Shown piece after piece: positions 51,425 through 60,558 of a DNA stretch of 64,000 bases. Every line of letters starts with the position of its first letter. Positions within the stretch are counted from its first letter, which is position 1. Origin of the DNA: an uncultured Gemmatimonadales bacterium. GTDB taxonomy: Bacteria > Gemmatimonadota > Gemmatimonadetes > Gemmatimonadales > Gemmatimonadaceae. The translations under genes were made by a program, and so were the position numbers. The stretch is taken from contig CAWBZV010000002.1 in assembly GCA_963793305.1 (NCBI GenBank), positions 512,001-576,000 on the forward strand, in the 5' to 3' direction. The notes under the pieces are model-generated. The model searched no databases. It was given only the letters and a program-made list of their open reading frames with translations, and was not told the DNA's origin.

Positions 51425-52321
51425 ATGGACAGTACACGGTCGCTGAACACCGTCGTCGTCTGGGTGGTCAATGTGCTCGTCGCCGGTCTGTTTCTGGCGG
51501 TCGGCGTGCCCAAGGTCCTAGGACTGGAAACGAACTTCTTCCAGTTCGCCGCCATGCGCGGCTTCCCCGATTGGATCCGCATCGTCGTCGGCGTGTGCGA
51601 GGTCATCGGCGCCATCTCCCTGCTCATCCCCCGACTCTCCGCATACGCGGCGCTCGGGCTGGCGATGCTGATGGTCCCCGCGGCCATCACGCAACAGATG
51701 AGCGGTCAGCCGGGTGTCTACGTCCCGATCGTGCTCTTCGTCGTCCTGCTGATCTTGGCGGAGCGCAGGAACCCCGCGGCTGTCCGGGCCATGTACCGGT
51801 CGATTGCCGATACGCCGCATCCGTTGCTCAAGAGCGGTACGATCGCGGGAGTCATCGGCGCCACCTGCGTGGCCGGCTGGTTTTTCATCGTCGATATCGT
51901 CAGCAACATCCCGTTTGCCACGCCACTCGTGCTCGGCCACGCCCTGCTGACGCTGCTGCGGCCCACGCCGAGTTGGGCGAGCTCGCCCGCGCTCGTGATC
52001 CTCGTCTACACGCTATTCCACTACGCCGCGTTCATTGGGGTCGGCATCGTCGCCGCCGTCGTCGTCGGCTGGGCCCGCACCGAGCCGTCCGTGCTCCTCG
52101 GCTTCGTCATCCTGTTCGCGGCCGTGGAAGTCGGTTTCTATGGCTTCGTCGCCGTACTCGCCCAGGCCAGCGACCTGCATTCGCTTGCTTGGTACCAGGT
52201 AATGCTCGGTAACTTGATCGCGGCGACCGGCATGGGTCTGTATCTCTGGCGCGCCCACCCGCAGCTGCACGATCAACTGCAACATGCGCTCGATGTTCCG
52301 ATTGGGAACGAATCCAGTTAG
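51425..52321 (+). CDS. DoxX-family membrane protein with additional multi-TM domain
   Basis: N-terminal DoxX-like (GVPK...VGVCEVIGA.LL.P), then 4-5 further TMs. Confidence 0.75.
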   Translation: MDSTRSLNTVVVWVVNVLVAGLFLAVGVPKVLGLETNFFQFAAMRGFPDWIRIVVGVCEVIGAISLLIPRLSAYAALGLAMLMVPAAITQQMSGQPGVYVPIVLFVVLLILAERRNPAAVRAMYRSIADTPHPLLKSGTIAGVIGATCVAGWFFIVDIVSNIPFATPLVLGHALLTLLRPTPSWASSPALVILVYTLFHYAAFIGVGIVAAVVVGWARTEPSVLLGFVILFAAVEVGFYGFVAVLAQASDLHSLAWYQVMLGNLIAATGMGLYLWRAHPQLHDQLQHALDVPIGNESS

Positions 52322-52338
52322 CGTCGCGTTCGTTTGGC

Positions 52339-53934
52339 ATGGCAACAGCAGTAGTCCCAACGGTTGAGCAGCAGCAGGTAGACGCCCGGCGGTGGTTCAT
52401 TTTGATCGGGTTGATCACCGCCGCAATCATGGAGGTTCTCGACACCACCATCGTCAACGTCGCGCTCCCGCAAATGGCGGGGAATTTGAGCGCGACGACG
52501 GACGAGATCGGTTGGGTCGCGACCGGATATATCCTCTCCAACGTCGTCGTGCTCCCCATGACGGCGTTTTTCACGACCCTCTTCGGCCGCCGGAATTATC
52601 TCGTCGGCTCGATCGTGATCTTCGCGATCGCGTCGTTCCTGTGCGGCACATCCCACACGCTGATCGAGCTGGTGCTCTGGCGCGTGGTGCAGGGCGCTGG
52701 CGGCGCCGCCCTCCTGTCGACTGCCCAGGCCACGCTCAGGCAAGTCTTTCCGCCGAAAGAGCAGGCGATGGTGCAGGCGCTGTTCATTGTCGGTCTGATC
52801 GTCGCGCCAACGCTGGGCCCAACCCTCGGCGGGTGGATCACCGACAACTACAACTGGAACTGGATCTTCTTCATCAATATCCCGATCGCGGCCGTCACCG
52901 TGTTCTTGACGATGACGTTCCTGCAGGATCCTCCGGGCATGCGCCGGAAGCCCGACCGGATCGATTTTCTCGGGATCGGTCTACTGACGGTCGGGCTGGC
53001 GTCCCTGCAGTATGTGCTCGAGGAAGGGCGTCGCTACGATTGGTTCCAGGACGACAGGATCAAGCAATTGAGCGTCATCGCCGCCGTCTGTCTGTCGACC
53101 ATGATCTGGTGGGAGCTGTCGTCGCGGAACAAGCACCCGATTGTCGACTTCCGCGTGCTCAAGAACCGCCAGCTCGCCGCGTCGATCTTCCTCTTCGTCG
53201 CGCTCGGATTCGGTCTCTATGGCGGCGTGTTCATCTTCCCGCTGTTCACGCAGACGATTCTCGGGTTCTCTCCGACGGCGACGGGTCTGGCGCTGCTCCC
53301 AGGTGGTATTGGTACCGCGATTACGGCGATCATCTGCGGGCGCCTCCTGAGCGGCAACAAGGTCGATGGCCGCATTCTGATCGCGCTCGGTGTCGTGATT
53401 TTCTCGGTCGCGATGTGGCGGCTCGGGCACCTCACGACCGAAGCCGGTGAGCCGCAAGCGCGTGCCGCGCTCTTCATTCGCGGACTGGGGCTCGGTCTGC
53501 TCTTCACGCCGATCAACAACGTCGCGTTCGGCGGGATCGACCCTAAGGATGCGCAACAGTCCGCGGGCTTGATCAACCTCGCGCGCCAGCTCGGCGGGTC
53601 ATTCGGCATCGCCATCTTGAGTACGTACGTGGTGGATCAGACGCAGTACCACCGGGAGAACCTCGTCCAGTACGTGACGGCCTACAATCCGCAGGTGGCT
53701 ACCCGCACGGCGGCCATCGCGTCGAATCTCGTCGCGCACGGATTCTCGTACGATGCGGCTCGCCGCGCCGCCGTTGGAGCGCTCGACAATATCGTGACGC
53801 GCCAGGCGGCGATGATGGCGTACAACGACGCGTGGCTGCTCATCCTGCTGATATTCGTGATCGTCTCGCCCGCGATCCTACTGCTCCGGCGGCCTCGGGG
53901 CGGCGCTGGCGCGGGGGCTGGCGCTGGTCACTAG
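52339..53934 (+). CDS. DHA2 MFS efflux permease (EmrB/QacA)
   Basis: LDTTIVNVALP, APTLGPTLGGW, WIFFINIP, RQLGGSFG. Confidence 0.93.
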   Translation: MATAVVPTVEQQQVDARRWFILIGLITAAIMEVLDTTIVNVALPQMAGNLSATTDEIGWVATGYILSNVVVLPMTAFFTTLFGRRNYLVGSIVIFAIASFLCGTSHTLIELVLWRVVQGAGGAALLSTAQATLRQVFPPKEQAMVQALFIVGLIVAPTLGPTLGGWITDNYNWNWIFFINIPIAAVTVFLTMTFLQDPPGMRRKPDRIDFLGIGLLTVGLASLQYVLEEGRRYDWFQDDRIKQLSVIAAVCLSTMIWWELSSRNKHPIVDFRVLKNRQLAASIFLFVALGFGLYGGVFIFPLFTQTILGFSPTATGLALLPGGIGTAITAIICGRLLSGNKVDGRILIALGVVIFSVAMWRLGHLTTEAGEPQARAALFIRGLGLGLLFTPINNVAFGGIDPKDAQQSAGLINLARQLGGSFGIAILSTYVVDQTQYHRENLVQYVTAYNPQVATRTAAIASNLVAHGFSYDAARRAAVGALDNIVTRQAAMMAYNDAWLLILLIFVIVSPAILLLRRPRGGAGAGAGAGH

Positions 53935-54560
53935 TAGTGCTGATAGAGGCGAACGGCGCTTAGCCGGATGGAGCCGAGCTTGATCTCGGTCGCGGTCTGG
54001 GACGAATCGAATTGAATGTCGAACGCCGTTTCCTGCACGGAGTGCGAGCAGGTCGAGTACGACGCCTCATAATAGACCGATGCCAGGTCGATGGCGGAGC
54101 ACGTGCCGGCCGCCGAGACGACGGTGTCGACAATCGTACCCTGCTGTGAGACCTGTTCGGCGGCGCCGTTCAGATAGCCCAGGGCGAAGTCCTGTTCGGC
54201 GGGCAGATACTGGGAGATGATCACGCGGTTCGCGTCCGGATCGGCCCAGGCCGCGAAGTTGTAGGTCGAGTCGACGGGCGTTCCTTGGATGGTGACGTTG
54301 ACGAACTCGAAGGCCACCGCCTGGTACATTGCCGACGTTCCGTTCACCGTGATCGAGACCTCGTGCGGCGCGACGCCGAACGCGAGCGGCACCGCGATAT
54401 ACTGCATCGCGATCTGCCGCAGGTTGTCGTTCGTCTCGACCGCGCGCTGCCACAAGCTGTCGAAGTGCACCGCCAGTGACCGTGCCGAAGGCCCGGTCGG
54501 CGCATCGCTGCCGCAGCCCATGGCGAACGTCGCGGTGACGAGGAGGATGGTGGCGCGCAT
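53931..54560 (-). CDS. Hypothetical lipoprotein
   Basis: MRATILLVTATFAMGC lipobox. Confidence 0.7.
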   Translation of the reverse strand: MRATILLVTATFAMGCGSDAPTGPSARSLAVHFDSLWQRAVETNDNLRQIAMQYIAVPLAFGVAPHEVSITVNGTSAMYQAVAFEFVNVTIQGTPVDSTYNFAAWADPDANRVIISQYLPAEQDFALGYLNGAAEQVSQQGTIVDTVVSAAGTCSAIDLASVYYEASYSTCSHSVQETAFDIQFDSSQTATEIKLGSIRLSAVRLYQHY

Positions 54561-54703
54561 GGCAGACGAAGGTGCCGATCGGACCGTCGAGCGGCAATGC
54601 CGAAGAAATGGGACGATATTCCCCCAACCCTGCCGAAGGCAGGCTCGCAACGCAACCGATAGCCCGAAGGGCCGAGTCCGAAGATGCAACCCCCAGGGGA
54701 GTC

Positions 54704-57700
54704 ATGACCGCCCAGCCCGACCGCGCCACTTACGGCCTTCGGCCCGACATTCTGTCGCAGTGGGAGACGCTCGCCCAGTCGCTCTCCAGCATCGCCCCCA
54801 CGGCGGCGCCGGCGATGATCATTCCCTTGGTGATCGCCGCCGCGGGACGGTCGGCGTGGGTGTCGTTCGTCGTCGCGACGATCGCCATGGCCCTCGTCGC
54901 CGCTCACGTCAACGTGTTCGCCCGCGACTCGGCTACGCCAGGGTCCCTGTACGCGTTCGTCCGCGGCGAATTCGGGTCATGGGTGGCGCTGCCGGCGGGT
55001 TGGGCGCTCCTCGTCGCCTATATCGGGACGGCCGCCGCGGTGACCGGCGGGATCATCCAGTATGCGCAGAATCTGGTCGGGATCGCTGGTACCGGCGTCG
55101 CGATCCTGCTGATCATCCTGTCGATTGGCCTGTCGGCCATGCTCGCCTATCGCAACGTGGAGCTGTCCACGCGATTCATGCTCTGGATCGAGTGCGCGTC
55201 GGTGGCGACGATCGTGCTCTTGTTCGTGATCCCGACGCGCGCGCATCCGTTGAGCTGGGATCCCACGCAATTCACGCGGTCGGTGTTCGCCGTCACGCCG
55301 GTCGGCGCCGGCCTCGTGCTCGCGACGTTCGCGTTCGTCGGGTTCGAGAGCGCCACCGCGCTCGGCGCCGAAGCGAAAGATCCATTGACGACCATCCCCC
55401 GCGCGGTCATGGGGACGGCGCTGATTTCTGGTGCGTTCTTCGTGTTCTCGACCTACGCCGAGGTCGACGCGGTCGGCTCGAAGGTCGATCTCCTGACGGG
55501 GACGCAAGCGCCACTGCAAGTCCTCGCGACCCTCAAGGGGCGATCGTGGGTGGGGCCGATCGTGTCGGTTGGCGCGATCATGAGCTTTTTTGCGTGCGCC
55601 ATGTCGTGCATTACGGCGGCCGCGCGCACGATGTTCCTCATGGGCGCGCAGAAGGTCTTGCCATCGCGGTTGGGACAGGTGCACGCACAACATCAGACGC
55701 CGTCCATGGCGGTGATCGTATCCAGCATCGCCGCCGCCGTTCCCGCCTTAGCCTTGGCCGCGCGACATGTCAGCGCGTTCGATCTGTACGGGTGGCTGGC
55801 CACGATCGCGACGTACGGATTCCTCGCGGCGTATGTGTTCGTGACGGTCGCCGCGCCGATATATGAATTGCGCCGACGCACGCTGACGGTGCCAAAGGCC
55901 GGCCTCGCGGTCGTGACCGTGGCGTTTCTCGTCTGGGCGTTCGTCGCCAGTCTGCCGCCGGCAACCTCCACCGGTCCCGAGCGATGGCTCGCGCCCATCT
56001 TCTTCGCGCTGATTGTGGCCGGCTGTGTGTATTGCATGGCACGCCGCCGCCTCATCGTTGCCGGCGCGATGATCGTGCTGTTTGCCACTCCCGCTCGTGC
56101 ACAATTCACGCGGGAGCGGAGCTGGCTCAAGATGCCCGATGGCGTTCGTCTGGCGGTCACATACTGGCGACCGACGGGAGCGAAAGACAAACTCCCCGTG
56201 CTGCTCGAGTATCTGCCGTATCGGAAAGAAGACTCGTTCTATCAGCGCGATTACCCACTCTACAGCTGGTTCGTACGCCATGGCTTCATCATGGCCAAGG
56301 TCGACATTCGAGGTACGGGATCGTCCGAGGGACATCTGCCGGACCGCGAGTACTCCGAGCAGGAGATGAAAGACGCCGACGTCATTATCGATCAGCTCAG
56401 CCGGCTGCCGGGGTCGAATGGCAACGTGGGCTTGTGGGGAATCTCCTGGGGCGGATTCAACGCCATCCAGATCGCCATGCGCCACCCACCGGCGCTCAAG
56501 GCCATCATATCAGTGGATGCCACGGACGACCTCTATCACGATGACATTCACCAGATCGACGGCGTGCTCCACATCGATCAGTACGCTCTCCAGATCGACC
56601 ACGAGAACGGCCTCCCCGCGCCGCCCGCGTACGCGATCGACTCGGCGTACTTTCACAATCGGTTCGATACATCACCATGGTTGCTCACCTATCTGCATCA
56701 TACAGTCGACGGACCATGGTGGCGCTGGAACTCGCTGCGTTTTCAGTACGACAAGCTGACGATTCCGTGCTTTCTCATAGGTGGTCTGCTGGACGGCTAC
56801 CGCGATGCCATCCCGCGCATGCTCGACAGTGTGCACGCACCGATCAAGGCGATCGTCGGGCCATGGAACCACACCTTTCCCGATGATGCCGTCCCGGGAC
56901 CCGCCATCGAGTGGCGCGGTCTCGCCGTCAAATGGTGGAAGCATTGGTTGGAGGGCGAGGCCAACGACATCATGGACGGACCGCGGCTCACCGTCTTTGT
57001 CCGCGACTCGGTGCCGCCGGACGTATCCCTCGCCATCAGTCCCGGGCATTGGCGCGGGGAAGACTGGCCGATTGCTCGCACGCAATGGCGCACGTGGTAC
57101 CCGAACCCCAGGCATGAGCTTGGCGAAGCAGTTGGAGCGCGAGATTTCGGCTGGTACGATTGGTTGGCTTATACCGCGGGCGTTGGCACGGCGGTTCCAG
57201 TCTGGTGGAATGATGCGACGGGCGACCAGGCGGCCGATGACGGACAGAGCTTGACCTATGACAGCAGGGAGCTGCGGGAGCCGGTCGAGATCATCGGTTT
57301 TCCGCGCGTGCGCTTGCAGGTTCGGCCCGCCGCCCCGATCGTCGATTGGACCGTGCGGCTCGAAGACGTCTTTCCCGATGGGCGCGTCGCGCTCGTGACC
57401 GGGGTGCTCCAGAGCGGCGCCCAATGGTCATCGCGCCTCGATCCGGCGCCACTCGCACCGGGCTTGCCGTATGTGATCAAGACGCCGCTGCACTTCACGA
57501 CGTGGACCTTCCGACCGGGACACAAGATCCGCCTGGCTATCGCGAACTCGCAGTTCCCAATGGCGTGGCCGACGCCGTACCCCACGACGACATCATTGGA
57601 AGTCAATGACGGCAGCACCACCCTCGACCTTCCGGTCGTCCCGTCAGCACCGAACGCACAGGTGCCGGTCTTTGCGGCGCCCCAGCCCCATGACCAGGCA

Positions 57701-58066
57701 CCGGATGCGCGAACGTTACAGGAGACGGGCTATCCCGGCGCCATCGTCACCCACAACGTCGTGGCAAAAACCACGGCTGTTGATTTTCTTACACGCTTCT
57801 CGTACCAGATCCTCGACCGCCGAATCGAGAACATCGAGAAGGAGCATTACGAGACACACGATGACGACCCGGCCCACTCGAGTTTCGTCGGCGACGAATC
57901 CCATCACATATGCCGCCCGAAGCGCTGCCTCGTGCTTCGCACCGGAATAGACGTGCAGTCGGATAGCACGACGTTGCGTGTTCGCGTAACCCGGCGACTC
58001 GAGGAGAACGGCCGGCTCGTGCGCACGAAGATCTGGACCGACACGATCCCGCGGGGGATCAACTAG
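54704..58066 (+). CDS. APC amino-acid permease fused to CocE/NonD (S15) hydrolase
   Basis: AQSLSSIAPT, FVGFESA..LGAEAKDP..TIPRA; then MPDGVRLA, YLPYRK, DIRGTGSSEG, GISWGG, GPWNH; no stop between the two halves. Confidence 0.85.
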   Translation: MTAQPDRATYGLRPDILSQWETLAQSLSSIAPTAAPAMIIPLVIAAAGRSAWVSFVVATIAMALVAAHVNVFARDSATPGSLYAFVRGEFGSWVALPAGWALLVAYIGTAAAVTGGIIQYAQNLVGIAGTGVAILLIILSIGLSAMLAYRNVELSTRFMLWIECASVATIVLLFVIPTRAHPLSWDPTQFTRSVFAVTPVGAGLVLATFAFVGFESATALGAEAKDPLTTIPRAVMGTALISGAFFVFSTYAEVDAVGSKVDLLTGTQAPLQVLATLKGRSWVGPIVSVGAIMSFFACAMSCITAAARTMFLMGAQKVLPSRLGQVHAQHQTPSMAVIVSSIAAAVPALALAARHVSAFDLYGWLATIATYGFLAAYVFVTVAAPIYELRRRTLTVPKAGLAVVTVAFLVWAFVASLPPATSTGPERWLAPIFFALIVAGCVYCMARRRLIVAGAMIVLFATPARAQFTRERSWLKMPDGVRLAVTYWRPTGAKDKLPVLLEYLPYRKEDSFYQRDYPLYSWFVRHGFIMAKVDIRGTGSSEGHLPDREYSEQEMKDADVIIDQLSRLPGSNGNVGLWGISWGGFNAIQIAMRHPPALKAIISVDATDDLYHDDIHQIDGVLHIDQYALQIDHENGLPAPPAYAIDSAYFHNRFDTSPWLLTYLHHTVDGPWWRWNSLRFQYDKLTIPCFLIGGLLDGYRDAIPRMLDSVHAPIKAIVGPWNHTFPDDAVPGPAIEWRGLAVKWWKHWLEGEANDIMDGPRLTVFVRDSVPPDVSLAISPGHWRGEDWPIARTQWRTWYPNPRHELGEAVGARDFGWYDWLAYTAGVGTAVPVWWNDATGDQAADDGQSLTYDSRELREPVEIIGFPRVRLQVRPAAPIVDWTVRLEDVFPDGRVALVTGVLQSGAQWSSRLDPAPLAPGLPYVIKTPLHFTTWTFRPGHKIRLAIANSQFPMAWPTPYPTTTSLEVNDGSTTLDLPVVPSAPNAQVPVFAAPQPHDQAPDARTLQETGYPGAIVTHNVVAKTTAVDFLTRFSYQILDRRIENIEKEHYETHDDDPAHSSFVGDESHHICRPKRCLVLRTGIDVQSDSTTLRVRVTRRLEENGRLVRTKIWTDTIPRGIN

Positions 58067-59622
58067 TGGCATTCTGTCCGCCGCCGTGCGAACCAGCCAT
58101 CGCGAACACGGCGGTGTCCCGCGAACCCCAAGGCGCCCGCTCCACTGGCTGGATCCTCGCCGCCACGATCCTCGGCTCGAGCCTCGCGTTCATCGACGGC
58201 ACGGTCGTCAGCATTGTCCTGCCGGTCATGCAGCGCGAGATGCACACGACGATCGTCAACGCGCAGTGGGTCGTCGAGATTTACCTCCTCTTCCTCTCGT
58301 CGCTGATCCTCGTCGGCGGCGCGGTCGGCGACCGCTGGGGCCGCGAGCGCGTGTTCACCGGCGGCATCATCGCGTTCGGCCTGGCATCCATCGGGTGCGC
58401 GCTCGCGCCGAACATCAACTGGCTCATCGCGTGGCGAGCCCTGCAAGGCATTGCCGCCGCATTTCTCATCCCCGGCAGTCTCGCGATCCTCGGCGCCGCG
58501 TTCTCGCCCGGCGAACGAGGCCAAGCCGTCGGCACGTGGTCGGCGGCGACCGCCATCGTCACGGCCGCCGGTCCAGTCCTCGGCGGTTGGCTCGTCGAGC
58601 ACACCTCGTGGCGATGGATCTTCGCGCTCAATGTGCCGCTGGCCGCCGCGGTCGTCGCCATCATGGTGTTCGAGGTGCCATTCTCCGCGCCCGCGAAAGT
58701 CACCCGCTCGCTCGATTGGACCGGCGCCGCGCTCATTACCGCCGGGTTGGGCGGCATCGTCTTCGGGCTTATCGAATCACCGCACTACGGTCTCGGCAGC
58801 CTGAGAGTCGTATTGAGCCTGATCGTCGGCGTCGCACTGGTCGGCGCGTTCATCGTCGTCGAGGACAGGGTCATCCGACCGCTGGTGCCGCTCATGCTCT
58901 TTCGCTCGCGAGCGTTCAGCGGCGCGAATCTCATCACCCTGTTGCTCTACGCCGCACTGGGCGGCGCGCTCTTCTTTTTGCCCTTTGATTTGATCCAGAT
59001 TCATCATTACACGGCCACCGCCGCGGGCGCGGCGCTGTTGCCGTTCGTCATTATCGTGGCGCTCCTGTCACGCACCGCGGGCGAGATGGCTGAACGGGTC
59101 GGCATCACGCTCCCCCTCACGCTCGGCCCGCTCATCGCGGCCGTCGGGATCGCGACGTTTGCGCTGCCGGGCGCGGGCGGCGGCTACTTCACGACGTTCT
59201 TTCCCGGGATGGTGCTCCTCGGCCTGGGGATGGGGATCACGGTCGCGCCTCTTACGACGGCGGTGCTCTCATCCGTCGATGACGAGTTCGAAGGCGTCGC
59301 CTCGGGAGTGAACAACGCCGTCGCGCGCCTTGGCGGCCTCCTCGTCATCGGCGTCCTCGGGATCATCATGGTCCAGCGCTTCTCGACGCAATTGGATGCG
59401 GGGCTCGCCCATGCGGGCGCTCCCACGCAGGTCCGCCAGGCGTTGGGCGCTCAAGCATTGCAGCTGGCGGCGATCACGCCGCCGCCAGCCTACGAGCACC
59501 TCGTCACGGCAGCGGCCGTCTCGGCATTTCGGGGCGCGATGATCGTGTCGGCGGTGCTCGCACTGGCTGCCGCTGGGGTGGGGGCCACCACTTTGCCTCC
59601 GCGGCGCAGCCGCCGCCGGTAA
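58066..59622 (+). CDS. DHA2-like MFS transporter
   Basis: FIDGTVV, GDRWGR, GPVLGGW, WRWIFALNVP, SGVNNAVAR. Confidence 0.92.
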   Translation: MAFCPPPCEPAIANTAVSREPQGARSTGWILAATILGSSLAFIDGTVVSIVLPVMQREMHTTIVNAQWVVEIYLLFLSSLILVGGAVGDRWGRERVFTGGIIAFGLASIGCALAPNINWLIAWRALQGIAAAFLIPGSLAILGAAFSPGERGQAVGTWSAATAIVTAAGPVLGGWLVEHTSWRWIFALNVPLAAAVVAIMVFEVPFSAPAKVTRSLDWTGAALITAGLGGIVFGLIESPHYGLGSLRVVLSLIVGVALVGAFIVVEDRVIRPLVPLMLFRSRAFSGANLITLLLYAALGGALFFLPFDLIQIHHYTATAAGAALLPFVIIVALLSRTAGEMAERVGITLPLTLGPLIAAVGIATFALPGAGGGYFTTFFPGMVLLGLGMGITVAPLTTAVLSSVDDEFEGVASGVNNAVARLGGLLVIGVLGIIMVQRFSTQLDAGLAHAGAPTQVRQALGAQALQLAAITPPPAYEHLVTAAAVSAFRGAMIVSAVLALAAAGVGATTLPPRRSRRR

Positions 59623-59746
59623 AAGGTCAGCCTCCGTCCTCGTCAGAGGACGAAAGGACACCCTTAAGCTCCGCTTAACAGCAGAGATTCGCGGTCGTCT
59701 CCTGGAACAGTGGTTGCCTTAACTACGGCTTTCAGGAGGTGACATA

Positions 59747-60427
59747 ATGCATCAACGAATGTGGGTCGCCGCACTGGGCGCGATGGCGCTGTCGGCGTCC
59801 GTCGCGAGTGTAGCGAGTGCCCAGTATCGTGTGCGATACGGGTACAATTACGACGCGTTCGACAATGAAGCAGTGCACATCGGCATCTCGGGAGGCGCCG
59901 CCGTCCCGACTGGTCCGTACGCCGAACGATTCAATCCGGGTTGGAATGTCGATGGGAACCTGGCGATTCCGCTCGATCGTCGCTCACCGATCTGGCTCCA
60001 GTTCGATGTTGGGTACTCGCGCTTCGGCGTCAATTCACAGACGCTGCAAGACTTCAATGTGAATACCGGATTCAGCAGCATGCTCTCCGGTACCGCCAAT
60101 CTCGTGATTGGCCTGACCAATGATCCGCGCGCCCGCGTGGTGCCGTATCTCATCGGCGGCGGCGGTGTGTATTCGCGGTATGTCGAGCTCGATAACTACC
60201 AGAACTCGGGCGTGGCCTGCGATCCGTTCTTTGGATTCTGTCAGAGCTACAATCAGGCCGTGCCCGTCCTGACACGGACCGAGACCGTCGGCGGTTTGGA
60301 TGGCGGGGCCGGACTGCGCTTCAAGATGCGACGGGTGAATTTCTACCTTGAGGCGCGGTACGAAACAGCTTTCACCAACACCACGAATACGGCGTTCGTT
60401 CCCATCAGATTCGGCATTGAATTCTGA
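59747..60427 (+). CDS. Outer-membrane beta-barrel protein
   Basis: AGGAGG RBS, signal peptide, PYLIGGGG, C-terminal FGIEF. Confidence 0.85.
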   Translation: MHQRMWVAALGAMALSASVASVASAQYRVRYGYNYDAFDNEAVHIGISGGAAVPTGPYAERFNPGWNVDGNLAIPLDRRSPIWLQFDVGYSRFGVNSQTLQDFNVNTGFSSMLSGTANLVIGLTNDPRARVVPYLIGGGGVYSRYVELDNYQNSGVACDPFFGFCQSYNQAVPVLTRTETVGGLDGGAGLRFKMRRVNFYLEARYETAFTNTTNTAFVPIRFGIEF

Positions 60428-60451
60428 TAGCACCTCGATAGGTTGTATAGC

Positions 60452-60505
60452 ATGACGCTGCGCTGTTGTTGTCTCGCCCCCCGCATCCCAGAGACTCAGG
60501 CGTAG
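60452..60505 (+). CDS. Putative Cys-rich leader peptide MTLRCCCLAPRIPETQA
   Basis: ATG ACG CTG CGC TGT TGT TGT...GCG TAG, upstream of a terminator and the sulfite reductase. Confidence 0.8.
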   Translation: MTLRCCCLAPRIPETQA

Positions 60506-60526
60506 CGCGCCCCGTGTACACCCGTG

Positions 60527-60558
60527 CCCGCCGGAGTTTTCTCCGGCGGGTTTTTTTT
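60527..60558 (+). terminator. Attenuator terminator hairpin
   Basis: CCCGCCGGAG-TTTT-CTCCGGCGGG followed by T8 and immediately the ATG. Confidence 0.9.

Noticed and set aside
59635..59656. Hairpin CGTCCTC-GTCA-GAGGACG followed by GAAA as a hammerhead ribozyme
   Set aside because: No CUGANGA core on the same strand in the required position; more likely a simple 3' hairpin.
60466..60558. TTG start extending the reductase N-terminus (ORF track)
   Set aside because: It runs through the leader peptide and terminator; ATG 60559 is more plausible.
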